Shown: piece by piece, positions 1-9,682 of the stretch
Position numbering within the stretch: the stretch's first letter is position 1
Layout: each line of letters opens with the position of its first letter
DNA from: a virus
Taxonomy: Duplodnaviria > Heunggongvirae > Uroviricota > Caudoviricetes
Length of the DNA: 64,000 nucleotides
IMG/VR virus record: IMGVR_UViG_2937414065_000001
Strand: one strand, 5' to 3'
Notes under the pieces: generated by a model
Told to the model about the DNA's origin: nothing
Seen by the model: the letters and a program-made list of their open reading frames with translations, nothing else
Databases searched by the model: none
Program-made: the position numbers and the translations under genes

Positions 1-422
1 GCCGGTTTGCCTATAACGATTTTCCGTTTATCGGCGTCGATGGGAATGAATACCTCGGTAAGCAAATCAAAGGCGCTTATCTCGAACCGCCTTTTGACTC
101 AGCCCGCATAGGCTCTACAGCATATCGCTTCATACTGGACAAATACCGCCACCTCGTTTGCGACAATTTGCAAACCATTCTGGGTGCGTCCATGTGGTCA
201 GGTACTATGCGGAGATATGGCGAGGTTATGATCTACGATACCGTGAAAAAATGTTGTCTTGACCAGCTCGGCGACAAGGCAAAGGGTTCTGCCACCGGTT
301 TCCTGCCGTGGGATATTGGCAGTTTGCCTTTAAGTCGCGTAACAGACGAGTGGGGAGACCGCGAGCTGCGACTTGATAAAGGCTCTTGTACGCACATAGT
401 CAACATCATCTCTCTCCCATAA
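1..422 (+). CDS. 3' end of a gene that starts upstream of the window; product unknown
   Basis: Reading frame is open from position 3 to the TAA at 420-422; the listed ORF 168-422 is only its last in-frame Met onward. An intrinsic terminator follows. Confidence 0.4.
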   Translation, partial: RFAYNDFPFIGVDGNEYLGKQIKGAYLEPPFDSARIGSTAYRFILDKYRHLVCDNLQTILGASMWSGTMRRYGEVMIYDTVKKCCLDQLGDKAKGSATGFLPWDIGSLPLSRVTDEWGDRELRLDKGSCTHIVNIISLP

Positions 423-445
423 ACCCGCTACGGCGGGTTTTTTTG
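423..445 (+). terminator. rho-independent terminator
   Basis: Hairpin ACCCGC-TACG-GCGGGT followed by TTTTTTT. Confidence 0.7.
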
Positions 446-529
446 ATCCCACGCTCCACATTCTCCAAGTACCTATCATTTAACCTTTACACCGCAGCCG
501 TAGGCATTTAGGCTATATCACATATAAGA

Positions 530-542
530 AAACAAGTTGTTT
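530..542 (+). promoter_or_regulatory. AACAA-N-TTGTT palindromic motif (motif A), 36 nt upstream of parA start
   Basis: Sequence gAAAACAAgTTGTTTc; one of 7 near-identical copies in the window. Confidence 0.5.
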
Positions 543-577
543 CATACGACAATAATTCACGCAAAGGGAACTCACCA

Positions 578-1243
578 ATGACCAAGATCATTGTGGTTGG
601 CGGCACAAAAGGCGGCCCAGGCAAATCTACCGTTGCCCAGCAAATTGCGGTATGCCTCAAAGTTAAAAAGAAAAAGAAGGTTCACGTCACCGATATCGAT
701 ATCCAGCGCACCACGACGAGCTGGTGTGAAGACCGTCGCCAGAATGATGATCTTGAGCTGATTCCCTTCGCATATGTTCAGGATGACATCGTCAAACATC
801 TTAAATCGCTTCAGGGGCGCACCGATTATGTAGTGGTAGATGCTGGTGGCTTTGACTCCGAAATTCAGCGTCTGGCGATGCTTATGGCTGATGTGATTAT
901 CATCCCGCTGCGTCCTAAACGTCGTGATTTGAAATCTCTGCGTGATATCGACCCGATCATCGACAACGTTCGCAATGTGAACGAGACAGTGAAGATCCGC
1001 GCGGTAGTGAATCAGTGTCCGTCACTGCCTTCCCAGGCATCACGTATTCTGGCGGCGAAAGAAATTGTCGAGACATTCGGCATCGAGGCTGCGCCGGTTA
1101 ACCTGTACAACCGTAACGTTTATGACGATGCGGAAGAGGCAGGTCGTTCTATCTTTGAAATGACTGGCGCTGAACGCGATAAGAAGGCAGAAGCCGAGTT
1201 CGAAGAGTTTGTAGATTACATCATGAGTCTGGAGGAAGAATAA
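578..1243 (+). CDS. parA: ParA/ParF-like partition ATPase (small deviant Walker-type)
   Basis: Starts MTKIIVVGGTKGGPGKSTVA with a KGGxGKS deviant Walker A box. About 220 aa, followed by a small ribbon-helix-helix-like gene. Confidence 0.8.
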   Translation: MTKIIVVGGTKGGPGKSTVAQQIAVCLKVKKKKKVHVTDIDIQRTTTSWCEDRRQNDDLELIPFAYVQDDIVKHLKSLQGRTDYVVVDAGGFDSEIQRLAMLMADVIIIPLRPKRRDLKSLRDIDPIIDNVRNVNETVKIRAVVNQCPSLPSQASRILAAKEIVETFGIEAAPVNLYNRNVYDDAEEAGRSIFEMTGAERDKKAEAEFEEFVDYIMSLEEE

Positions 1244-1602
1244 TGTCCATGAGAATGGGAGACCTTGCAAAGCGCAAAGAGCCGGAAGAGCAGCCAAAAA
1301 GCAGCACCCCAATGCGCCAGCCAGTCAGACCGCAGGGGCGTCCGACTCGTGGGAAAGAGAAGATTAAGAGCCGCACAATGTCGCTGGAAGACGAGTACTT
1401 CGATCTGCTGGAGATGATGAAGTTCATCCCTCGTTTCGAGAAGTTCACCCGTTCTGACGTGATTCGTGCAGCCATTTTCCATCTGGCAGAGAAGTCGCCG
1501 CAGGAAATCGAGGACATCGTGAAGCTGAACGAGGCGATCACCGCTGCCGACGTCACGATGCGCACCGATGAAATCAAGCGTGAGCTGATGAAGAAAGGTT
1601 AA
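1243..1602 (+). CDS. ParG-like partition / centromere-binding protein (ribbon-helix-helix-like C-terminus)
   Basis: 119 aa with a basic N-terminal tail and a C-terminus (TRSDVIRAAIFHLAEK) that resembles an RHH fold. Its start overlaps the parA stop (ATGA). Confidence 0.5.
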   Translation: MSMRMGDLAKRKEPEEQPKSSTPMRQPVRPQGRPTRGKEKIKSRTMSLEDEYFDLLEMMKFIPRFEKFTRSDVIRAAIFHLAEKSPQEIEDIVKLNEAITAADVTMRTDEIKRELMKKG

Positions 1603-1641
1603 ATAAGAGGCGTCGAAAGACGCCTTTAACTCAAAAGGACT

Positions 1642-2406
1642 TTGTTTGTGCTGTACAAATACGTAGGGCATGAAGACCCAAACGAATTAATCAAAATTCT
1701 TAAATTCTTCATCGAAGATGGAACCATCCGAGCCACCCGGCCACACGACTTCAATGACCCTGCCGAGTTCAAAGCCAAATTTAGTTTTGACGCCACGATC
1801 CCGGAGAAGCGTTTCCGATATCATGAGATGTGGCCTGGCAAAAGCGACGAGGACGGTGAGAACTGGTTAAGAGGGCGAACCAAAAACGCCGAAGAGTTTG
1901 ACGCCTATATGCTGCGCGGAAATCTGCTTTTGAATACCGGTGTGATATGCCTCACCAGAACTGACACTAATTACCTGATGTGGTCGCATTACGCCAGCTC
2001 CCACTCTGGATTTTGCATAGGGTTTGATGACGCTATTGTGGAAGCGCTGGATGACCGACACACAGCGTTAAACGGTGATGTGGAGTACGTGGAATCCCCG
2101 CCTGAAGTGAACTTCTATACCGCTGATGTGTACGACATTGTCAGAGCCATCTTTCTGCACAAGGGTGAGAGCTGGAAGTACGAAGAAGAGTTCCGGATTA
2201 TCTCTGAGCTGCCAGGGATTAAGAAGTTCGACACCTCGCTCATCAAAGAGATTTCTATCGGATGCAAACCCTATCCAGAGCTGGAAAGTTTTGCTCGTGA
2301 ACTGCTGGACAGCAATCTGGCCGTGTACAAAATGCTTTGCCCTACTGACTCGTACCAACTGAAACGTGTGGCGCTGGACAAGAACCTTACTTTTCAAGGT
2401 TACTAG
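1642..2406 (+). CDS. hypothetical protein (254 aa)
   Basis: Long ORF with typical codon usage and no domain I recognise. Start codon is uncertain; a GTG is likely. Confidence 0.5.
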   Translation: MFVLYKYVGHEDPNELIKILKFFIEDGTIRATRPHDFNDPAEFKAKFSFDATIPEKRFRYHEMWPGKSDEDGENWLRGRTKNAEEFDAYMLRGNLLLNTGVICLTRTDTNYLMWSHYASSHSGFCIGFDDAIVEALDDRHTALNGDVEYVESPPEVNFYTADVYDIVRAIFLHKGESWKYEEEFRIISELPGIKKFDTSLIKEISIGCKPYPELESFARELLDSNLAVYKMLCPTDSYQLKRVALDKNLTFQGY

Positions 2407-2425
2407 TTCTGGCAGCTTCAATTAA

Positions 2426-2492
2426 GAACCTGCTTCTGTATGTATAAATACTAAGTTACTTATTATTATTTATACGGAAGCAGGTCTTTTTC
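2426..2492 (+). repeat. conserved intergenic hairpin module, copy A: 13-bp stem, ~32-nt AT-rich loop containing TATAAATA, T-run
   Basis: GAACCTGCTTCTGTA...TATAAATA...TACGGAAGCAGGTC-TTTTTC. The same module recurs at 52698-52766. Confidence 0.6.
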
Positions 2493-2570
2493 TATGCCAA
2501 CTTCCCAGACACATTCCCTTCCGTTTCCACTTCCAAAAAACATCTCCAGTCGCTATGATTCGCCCATTAT

Positions 2571-2592
2571 GATAAGTAAGTAACTACCTATC
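2571..2592 (+). promoter_or_regulatory. 22-bp palindromic motif B (GATAAGTAAGTAACTACCTATC), 11 nt before the ATG at 2603
   Basis: One of at least 17 copies of the consensus GATAGGTAAGTA-n-TTACCTATC in intergenic positions. Confidence 0.55.
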
Positions 2593-2602
2593 GGCGGAGC
2601 AC

Positions 2603-3328
2603 ATGAGCCAGATCTTCTTTAACACTATTAACAACGACCAGTACGACTTCATGACCGAGTGGGACACCACAGTCATGGACAAGTGGGTGGCCGAGAATAT
2701 TGGGCTGTCACGCTGCAAGGATGAGGCTGAGTTGTTCGAGACAAAGTGGTTTGATTACCGCGACATGCACCCGCTTATGGCCACATGCCTCTTCACTGAG
2801 ACGTACAAGCGCCAGTACTCATACATCATGCTGTCGCATGGCCGTGAACACTATGAGACGGCCCAATTTACTACCGGTTTGAAACGTGTGCCGTATCAGG
2901 AGCTGTCGACGGCCAACAAAACGTCTCTCTGGAAAGCACGCCAGTTTGCCGACCAGTACTGCTGCTCTTATGACTACTTCATTTCTACCGTTCTTTCCGC
3001 AGCTGCACGCCGTCTGTGGGACAAATTGCCGCGCCCCCAGCATCTCTGGCAGCCCGAGCTGATCGAGATATTCGAAGAGAAGTTAGCCAAACGCGCTGTA
3101 ACCCGTCTGGATGACTCTCTGGTGAGTTTTAAGCATCTGGGAGACATGCAACACGACCCGATTCAAGAACGCTATTTTGAGTGGGTTCTGGAGCGTCTGC
3201 GTGGCATTACCCGAGACAAACGCGTCCGCATCATCTTCTCCGCTGTCTGGTTGATGGAAATCGTGCCTGAGCGTGTGATTTACGCGCACTTCCCGGAAGA
3301 ACTGGAAGAAGCACGGCGATTCTGTTGA
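2603..3328 (+). CDS. hypothetical protein (241 aa)
   Basis: ORF sits directly downstream of motif B. No family I recognise. Confidence 0.5.
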   Translation: MSQIFFNTINNDQYDFMTEWDTTVMDKWVAENIGLSRCKDEAELFETKWFDYRDMHPLMATCLFTETYKRQYSYIMLSHGREHYETAQFTTGLKRVPYQELSTANKTSLWKARQFADQYCCSYDYFISTVLSAAARRLWDKLPRPQHLWQPELIEIFEEKLAKRAVTRLDDSLVSFKHLGDMQHDPIQERYFEWVLERLRGITRDKRVRIIFSAVWLMEIVPERVIYAHFPEELEEARRFC

Positions 3329-3354
3329 TCCCCTATCTGGCTTTTTTAGTATTA

Positions 3355-3370
3355 GAAAACAAATTGTTTA
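3355..3370 (+). promoter_or_regulatory. motif A (GAAAACAAATTGTTTA), 20 nt upstream of the helicase start
   Basis: Palindrome AACAA-A-TTGTT. Confidence 0.5.
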
Positions 3371-3388
3371 AGCACCAAAGGAAAGCAC

Positions 3389-4729
3389 ATGACCGAACTT
3401 TGCCACACAGGACGAGGGTTGTCTGAAGAGTTCGACGACGACTTCCAGAATCGACTCGCAGCCTACTTCTGTCGCGACCATGAATTTCTGACTCGCGCGG
3501 GTGATCTGGTTGCGCCAAACCAGTTCTCCAATGCGGCCAACGCCATTCTGGTGAACATGGTGTCGGGCTACTACAGAATGTATAAGAGCGCACCATCATC
3601 GTCGGCCATCCTCGACATGCTCAAACGCGCCAAACGCGATAAGACGATCCGCGAAGAGCTTTTCCCCGACGTTGTTGAGGCGTTTAAGAGGATTCTCGCT
3701 GAGAAGCTGTCAGATACGGCGTACATGGTCGACCAGGTCGCGACGTTTGCCAAAAGCGTAGCGTTCGACGACGCGCTGATTAAAGCGGCTGAGATGAAAG
3801 AGAAGGGCGATTTCCAGGGCGCGATGGCAATCATGGCTAAAGTCCAGCAAATCGGCTCTAACGAAGCGACCGGCATTTACGATTACTTCTCTGAATCAGC
3901 AGAGCGTTACAAGGCGCGTGAGTACGAAGCGTCCGACGATTACGTGCCAAACAGCATCACAACGGGTCTACCGCTGCTCGACAAGCTGCTTTACCAGAAA
4001 GGCTGGGCTAAGCGTGAGATGGTGCTGTTCATGGGCTTCGCGAAGTCTGGTAAGTCGACGGCGATGGGTGAGTTCTCCATCAACGCTACGCTTGCCGGTT
4101 ACAACGTCCTGTATCTGTCGCTGGAAGTTCACACCTCCATTCTGTCAGATCGCTTTGACGCCCGTTTGTCTGAGACCGAAATGTCCAAGCTGGTGGAGCG
4201 CCGCGACGACGTCCATCGCAAACTGGCAGAACTGGGCGCGACGAAAGGCGTGGGGAGCTTGTGGATTGTTGAGCGACCGTCCGGAAGCATGTCGCCTGCA
4301 GATCTGGATCGCATGTTGGGCAGCATGAAAGCCAATGGCATGATCCCCGACATGGTCGTGGTCGACTACGCCGACCTGATGCGTGCCAGCTACGACCTCC
4401 GCGACGACCGCGCCAACATTCGCAGCATCTACACTGACCTGCGTGCGCTGTACGACAAACACAACGTTGCCGGTATCACAGCATCGCAGACTAACAGGGA
4501 AGGTGGCGCTTCTGAGGTGGCCACAATGATGCACGCAGCGGACAACATCGAGAAGGTGCGTATCGCTGACCTCGTTATCACGATCAACAAAACGGAAGAG
4601 GAAGAAGCGAAAGGCGAAGCGCGTCTGTACTTCGCTGGTTCACGTAACCAGAAAGGTGGCGTAAGCATCCGCGTTAAGCAGAACCTCGAACAAATGCGAT
4701 TCATCGAACGAATTATGGACGTCCTCTAA
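3389..4729 (+). CDS. DnaB-like replicative DNA helicase (RecA-fold)
   Basis: Walker A GFAKSGKST; Walker B-like VVVDYADLM; SQTNREG motif. RBS AAAGGAAAG lies upstream. Confidence 0.8.
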   Translation: MTELCHTGRGLSEEFDDDFQNRLAAYFCRDHEFLTRAGDLVAPNQFSNAANAILVNMVSGYYRMYKSAPSSSAILDMLKRAKRDKTIREELFPDVVEAFKRILAEKLSDTAYMVDQVATFAKSVAFDDALIKAAEMKEKGDFQGAMAIMAKVQQIGSNEATGIYDYFSESAERYKAREYEASDDYVPNSITTGLPLLDKLLYQKGWAKREMVLFMGFAKSGKSTAMGEFSINATLAGYNVLYLSLEVHTSILSDRFDARLSETEMSKLVERRDDVHRKLAELGATKGVGSLWIVERPSGSMSPADLDRMLGSMKANGMIPDMVVVDYADLMRASYDLRDDRANIRSIYTDLRALYDKHNVAGITASQTNREGGASEVATMMHAADNIEKVRIADLVITINKTEEEEAKGEARLYFAGSRNQKGGVSIRVKQNLEQMRFIERIMDVL

Positions 4730-4818
4730 AAAAAGAAGGCGTGGGGAAACGCTCTCCACGCCGGTCTCCATAAGAGAACAAATTTTCTCTTTTGCCAAAG
4801 CCACAAAAGAAAAAACAC

Positions 4819-6003
4819 ATGAGCCTTTATGGTATTCAAATACCGAGGCTTATCAAGATATTACCTGCAAAAAGTAGGGTTAAGAACGTGAGCGACTTGA
4901 AAGAATTACTGACCGAGCTGGATTTTGAGCAATGGCTCGATATGGAAGGAATCATCTACCGTCGTGGTGGCGTCAGTACTCGTGGACGTGAGGTGAATAT
5001 CAAGGAGTGCCCGGTATGTGGCAGCTCAAACTGGAAGGTTTATTTCAATCTGACCAATGGCGTCGGCAAATGCTTTGCTGGTGATCATCCCGAAGAGATT
5101 CAGTTCAACAAGCTGGTCTTCCTCAAGCACTACAGCGGCAAATCCCGTCGCGATTTTGAAGAGTACGTCCAGAACGCGCTGATCTCACAAGGATGGGCGC
5201 CGAAGAAGGAAGAGATCGTGCTGGCCAGCAAGGTTGAACTCGAAGGGCCAGTAGCTCTCCCGCGACATTATGAACTCCCCATTGACGGTCGTCTTCCTGA
5301 TTATCTGGTGGAGCGCCAGATTTCACCTGAGCTGGCCAAATACTTTGATCTGCGTTACTGCGTTGAAGGCAAGCACGCATACGTCGACCCGTACACAGAC
5401 CAGGTCAAAGGACAAGTGTTCGACATGCGCATCCTGATACCAGTTTACGATCTGGATGGCGTGATGAAGACCTTCCAGGGGCGTGACATTACCGGGGCTG
5501 CAGAACGCCGTTATCTCTTCCCCATGCAGCTGCCGGCGTCGGGTAAGTTTCTCTACAACGGCCACAACGCAGTCGGAAAACAAACGGTCGTTGTGTGTGA
5601 AGGGGCATTTGACGTAATGGGCGTGAAGCGTGCCATCTTCGACGAAGAGACGCTGCGGGATTACGTGGAGCCAATTGGCACGTTCGGGATGCACTTGTCC
5701 GGAAATATGAATGAGGACGCTGAAGATCAGTTGGGCGCGTTCCTGACGCTCAAGGCGCGTGGATTACGCAACATCATCATGATGTGGGATAGCGAGAAAC
5801 AAGCGATCCGCAACACTATGTCGGCGGCCAAACGTCTCACCAGCATCGGACTGAATGTCAAAGTGGCCTGTCTGGGCGAAGAAGGTCTCGACCCCGGCGA
5901 CGCGACGCCAGAGCAGATCCTAAAAGCCTATTATCGTGCCAAGCCGTACTCCAGACAGTTGGAGCTACAAAGCAAGGTTCTAGGGATAAAGGCATTGTTA
6001 TAA
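4819..6003 (+). CDS. DnaG/T7-like DNA primase (zinc finger + TOPRIM)
   Basis: Zinc finger CPVCGSSNWKVYFN...C..H. TOPRIM motif VVVCEGAFDVMG. A TTG at 4792 is an alternative start; ATG 4819 fits the usual spacing from motif A at 4776-4789. Confidence 0.75.
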   Translation: MSLYGIQIPRLIKILPAKSRVKNVSDLKELLTELDFEQWLDMEGIIYRRGGVSTRGREVNIKECPVCGSSNWKVYFNLTNGVGKCFAGDHPEEIQFNKLVFLKHYSGKSRRDFEEYVQNALISQGWAPKKEEIVLASKVELEGPVALPRHYELPIDGRLPDYLVERQISPELAKYFDLRYCVEGKHAYVDPYTDQVKGQVFDMRILIPVYDLDGVMKTFQGRDITGAAERRYLFPMQLPASGKFLYNGHNAVGKQTVVVCEGAFDVMGVKRAIFDEETLRDYVEPIGTFGMHLSGNMNEDAEDQLGAFLTLKARGLRNIIMMWDSEKQAIRNTMSAAKRLTSIGLNVKVACLGEEGLDPGDATPEQILKAYYRAKPYSRQLELQSKVLGIKALL

Positions 6004-6047
6004 GTACTCTGATTTGATTAACTAATTACCTCCATGAGAGAACACAA

Positions 6048-6479
6048 ATGGACTTAAAAATGTATAAAAAGACTATGATTTCGGTTGCCACCATAGCGGC
6101 GACATTGTTGCTTTCTGGGTGCAAGCCGAGTGACGAAAAAGCCATTGAGCTTGGGCAAAGAGAAATTGCCGACGCAATGAAAGATCCCACATCGGTAATG
6201 TTCCGTAACGACAAGTTTGTTGGTCGCAAAGACCTGGATGACGGCAAAGTTGTTGGATATGTATGCGGCGAAGTTAATGCCAAAAATGCTTACGGTGCGT
6301 ATGTTGGCTTTGCTTCCTATGTGGTGGAGCTTGAGATGACCCCGAAAGGCACATTCTCCAAAGGCGTTGAGTACAAGGTTCCGTGGATGGAGATCGCCCC
6401 TAACGGTGGCCATGAATTGCATAATTTCAAACAGATTTATCGCCAGTTCTGTAAATCAGAAGCCACCTCTGCAAGTTAA
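6048..6479 (+). CDS. lipoprotein (signal peptide + lipobox LLSGC)
   Basis: N-terminus MISVATIAATLLLSGC; the start could also be an internal Met. Confidence 0.55.
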   Translation: MDLKMYKKTMISVATIAATLLLSGCKPSDEKAIELGQREIADAMKDPTSVMFRNDKFVGRKDLDDGKVVGYVCGEVNAKNAYGAYVGFASYVVELEMTPKGTFSKGVEYKVPWMEIAPNGGHELHNFKQIYRQFCKSEATSAS

Positions 6480-6600
6480 TCCTTTGGCCCGGCAGTCTGC
6501 CGGGCCATCTCTATGAATGTTTTGCTCGCCCTTAATGATAAGTAGATGCATACTTATTTTTCTGTAAGAATATGCTCGACGAAGGAATTGAGGAACCTTT

Positions 6601-7395
6601 ATGAAAGCAGATATTCAGAAGTCCGTTACCGAAATCATCGACAAATCAGGCGTAGAAATTGATACAGAAGAGCGCCAGAAGATTATCGATGAGGCGATCC
6701 AGACTGCGCTGGAACACATCGCCACGTCTGTGAGCACCGCACCTCTTGGGGAAGGCTCGAAATACATGCGGGTCTGGGTTCGTTTTGGGGAGTCCCCGGA
6801 GCTGCCTGGTGTTAAGCAGAAACGCGCGGCACTCGTGGCGTTCACTCGCAAGATGAAGGACGCAACGGTCGAAGTACGCGCCGGTGCGTGGTACGACGGC
6901 CGCGTTGTCTACACCAATCAGGCGGTGTGCGATGAAGGTGAACGATTTGAGGAAATTGTCGACGCAACTCTTCGCGCGATCAAAGCCAGGGCTGGTGTAG
7001 AGGATGATCCTTCTATCGCGGCGTTCCTGAGCATTGTCGAACTGCCTGAAGTTACCGAACGCGTTACAGATCTGACAACACCACCTGGTTTGCTGGAGTT
7101 GGTGGTCAGTGGCGATACCAAAAAAGCCGTTGAGCGCATTCGTGAGGTGGAATACGGCATCATCTGCGATATGTGCCGCAGCGACTTAGACCTGGTGCGC
7201 ATCATTGTCGACGCGGGTCAGGCATGTGACGGTGTGCTCGCCAGTTTTGCAGGGCAGGTGGCACGCCTGGCCAACGAGCTGCCGATGATTAAACAGGAGG
7301 CAAAATCTTACGCCGTCCACCATGCCAACGATTTACTGGAGCCATACCGGTTCGAAGCCGCTCAGGACAAAATGACTGGCTGGGCGACCTGGTAA
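6601..7395 (+). CDS. hypothetical protein (264 aa)
   Basis: ORF with RBS GAGGAAcc and an upstream motif B-like element at 6537-6557. Confidence 0.5.
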   Translation: MKADIQKSVTEIIDKSGVEIDTEERQKIIDEAIQTALEHIATSVSTAPLGEGSKYMRVWVRFGESPELPGVKQKRAALVAFTRKMKDATVEVRAGAWYDGRVVYTNQAVCDEGERFEEIVDATLRAIKARAGVEDDPSIAAFLSIVELPEVTERVTDLTTPPGLLELVVSGDTKKAVERIREVEYGIICDMCRSDLDLVRIIVDAGQACDGVLASFAGQVARLANELPMIKQEAKSYAVHHANDLLEPYRFEAAQDKMTGWATW

Positions 7396-7476
7396 GCCTC
7401 GAAAAACCATTTAGCCCCCTGGTGGGGCTTTTTTAAACTGCGCTCAATAAGTAAGTACACGACTACGGTTAGAAGC

Positions 7477-7953
7477 ATGTCCACAAGAACAGATTTGTCG
7501 AAAATCCCGTCTATCTCCGGAAACAACGGTTATTCGCTGCGCTGCCCGGAAGTGAAGATCAACGGCCATGAGGCCCATTGCAGCTATACAGTCTGCCAGC
7601 ACACCATCCTCGCCTACAAAGAGAAGCGTCTCCCGGCTACATCTTTCCAGTCCTGCGCTGCGGCCATTGCTGCTGGCAAATGCCAGGCGCTGAAGATGAT
7701 GGTCGAAGAGATCCGCAAAGGTGAACAGCTCTACTTCATCGATATGACAGCGCTTATCAAAGAAGTGGAAGAGCAAAACGACCACGCCAGAACGCTTACC
7801 CGGAAGCGCAACACCATGACGATTAACAGTCTGGTTAAACGCACGAAGAAAACAGAACCAGCCAAACCCGAAACCACGTCCACCGATTCACTGGCGCCCG
7901 TCACTGATGTGTACGCGGCACTCATTGAAGAAGCAACCAAAGAAAACACATGA
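7477..7953 (+). CDS. hypothetical protein (158 aa), Cys/His-rich N-terminal half
   Basis: ORF preceded by a partial motif B (AATAAGTAAGTAC, 7447-7461). Confidence 0.45.
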   Translation: MSTRTDLSKIPSISGNNGYSLRCPEVKINGHEAHCSYTVCQHTILAYKEKRLPATSFQSCAAAIAAGKCQALKMMVEEIRKGEQLYFIDMTALIKEVEEQNDHARTLTRKRNTMTINSLVKRTKKTEPAKPETTSTDSLAPVTDVYAALIEEATKENT

Positions 7954-7987
7954 AAACTCCCGAGCGACCGATGGAGGTTAAACACTA

Positions 7988-9310
7988 ATGGAAAAACTGA
8001 TCGCCCTAAAGCACAAGCTGGATGCCATAAAAACGATGGGAACCAACGCCAAGAAAGAGGCACTGGCCAACCTTGATGAATTTGAGCAGAGCATGGTCTC
8101 GCTAATGCTCAACCCATTCATTCGATTCGGTGTGAAGAAGTACAAAGTGGCCGAGCCACTCGATACTTCCGTACCCAGCGACCAGAAGGTAGTCGAGCTG
8201 CTGGAGAAGCTGGCGGCGCGCGAACTGGCCGGGAACGCGGCCATTACTGCTGTCGAATCACTCGTTGCCTCAATGTGCGCTGACGGGCAGGACGTGTTTC
8301 GTCGCTTCCTGCTGAAAGATCCGAAAGCCGGCGTCGGTATCAGCCTGTGCAACAAGGTGTTCGAAAACCCAATTCCGAAGTTTGAGGTACAGCTGGCGTC
8401 TCCGTACAAGGAGAAAGGCGACAAATACCCATTTAAACCAAATCCAAAGGCCAAGTGGCCAATGATCGGCAACCTCAAACTCGATGGTCTCCGGGTTATC
8501 TGCGAAGTCATCGTTGACGAGGAAGAGGTGAACTTCCTGACGCGTACCGGCAATCCGATTACGTCACTCGATCACCTTAAACCAGCCATGCTTGAGCGAG
8601 GCAGACTCTCCGGTTTCAAGCACATCTTTTTCGATGGTGAGGGTACTGCAGGTACGTTCAACCAGTCCGTGTCGGCACTTCGCAAGAAGAACGTGAAAGC
8701 CATTGGTGCCGTTTACCACATCTTCGATTTCTTCTTACCGGAGTGGCGTGCTCAGGCAAAAAGCAAAGAGTACCTGAAGACCGGCATGAAGCTGAAAGAG
8801 CGCCTGGCTATGCTGGTGGCGTTGTTCCGCAACACTTGCGGGGAAGATTACGCGCAAGATGTCCACCTGCATCCGTTCTACATCATCCATAGTCATGAAG
8901 ACTTCATCGAACGCTTTATGAAGCGCCTGGACGAGAACGAAGAGGGGGAGATGGGCAAAGATCCGGATTCTGTTTACGAGTTCAAACGCACCCGCAGCTG
9001 GTGGAAGCTGAAAGACGAGGATTCCGAAGACGGTGAAATCATCGACTTCGAGCCAGGCGATCCGGACTCTGGCTTTGCGCATACGCTGGGCAAGATAGTG
9101 ATTCGTCTGGAGAACGGCGTCATCGTTCGTGCCAGCGGTATCAAGCATAAGTACCTGGACGAGATCTGGAACAATCAGGAGAAGTATCGTGGACGCATCG
9201 TTGAGGTTCACTGCCATGAGAAAACGCCAGACGGTAGCTTACGCCACCCACGTCTGAAGTGGCCGAAATGTCTGCGAGATACCGAAGACCGTATTGGAGA
9301 TAAAGACTGA
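7988..9310 (+). CDS. ATP-dependent DNA ligase
   Basis: Motif I KLDG (NLKLDGLRV). Motif V-like WWKLK. Close in size and layout to T7-type ligases. Confidence 0.7.
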   Translation: MEKLIALKHKLDAIKTMGTNAKKEALANLDEFEQSMVSLMLNPFIRFGVKKYKVAEPLDTSVPSDQKVVELLEKLAARELAGNAAITAVESLVASMCADGQDVFRRFLLKDPKAGVGISLCNKVFENPIPKFEVQLASPYKEKGDKYPFKPNPKAKWPMIGNLKLDGLRVICEVIVDEEEVNFLTRTGNPITSLDHLKPAMLERGRLSGFKHIFFDGEGTAGTFNQSVSALRKKNVKAIGAVYHIFDFFLPEWRAQAKSKEYLKTGMKLKERLAMLVALFRNTCGEDYAQDVHLHPFYIIHSHEDFIERFMKRLDENEEGEMGKDPDSVYEFKRTRSWWKLKDEDSEDGEIIDFEPGDPDSGFAHTLGKIVIRLENGVIVRASGIKHKYLDEIWNNQEKYRGRIVEVHCHEKTPDGSLRHPRLKWPKCLRDTEDRIGDKD

Positions 9311-9486
9311 TGCTCGGCTGGATGATTGTATTTTTGGTCGTCGGCATTGTTATTGGCAGTCTGATTACGTCCAGCTGCATCAACGATTACGTAAAAGCCG
9401 GTGTCATGCAGAGACGTGGCCGCATTTACCGCATTGTAGATATCACGTACACACTGAAGGAGATTAAGGATGATCATGTTAAGTAA
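9310..9486 (+). CDS. small membrane protein (58 aa)
   Basis: Hydrophobic MLGWMIVFLVVGIVIGSLI; start overlaps the ligase stop (TGATG). Confidence 0.3.
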   Translation: MLGWMIVFLVVGIVIGSLITSSCINDYVKAGVMQRRGRIYRIVDITYTLKEIKDDHVK

Positions 9487-9682
9487 ACGGGAGAAAGAAA
9501 CTCTGCGTGAAATCAGCCAGTGGAAACAGTTCTATGCCAACTGGAAGCCAAAGACCCGCGCCAAACTTGAACGCATGAATCTTGTCGCTAACGTTTCGCC
9601 AAAGGGATGTGTGGAGAACTATCAACTCACTGAAAAAGGACACTCACTGTTGCAGCAATTGACTGAGGCGGGGGCGTTCTGA
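9470..9682 (+). CDS. hypothetical protein (70 aa)
   Basis: Short ORF in the listed six-frame track; part of a run of abutting small genes that share a strand. Confidence 0.35.
   Translation: MIMLSKREKETLREISQWKQFYANWKPKTRAKLERMNLVANVSPKGCVENYQLTEKGHSLLQQLTEAGAF

Noticed and set aside
1216-1671. Two minus-strand ORFs (151 and 118 aa) overlapping the parG-like gene
   Set aside because: They are antisense to a translationally coupled parA-parG pair. No start context. Judged spurious.
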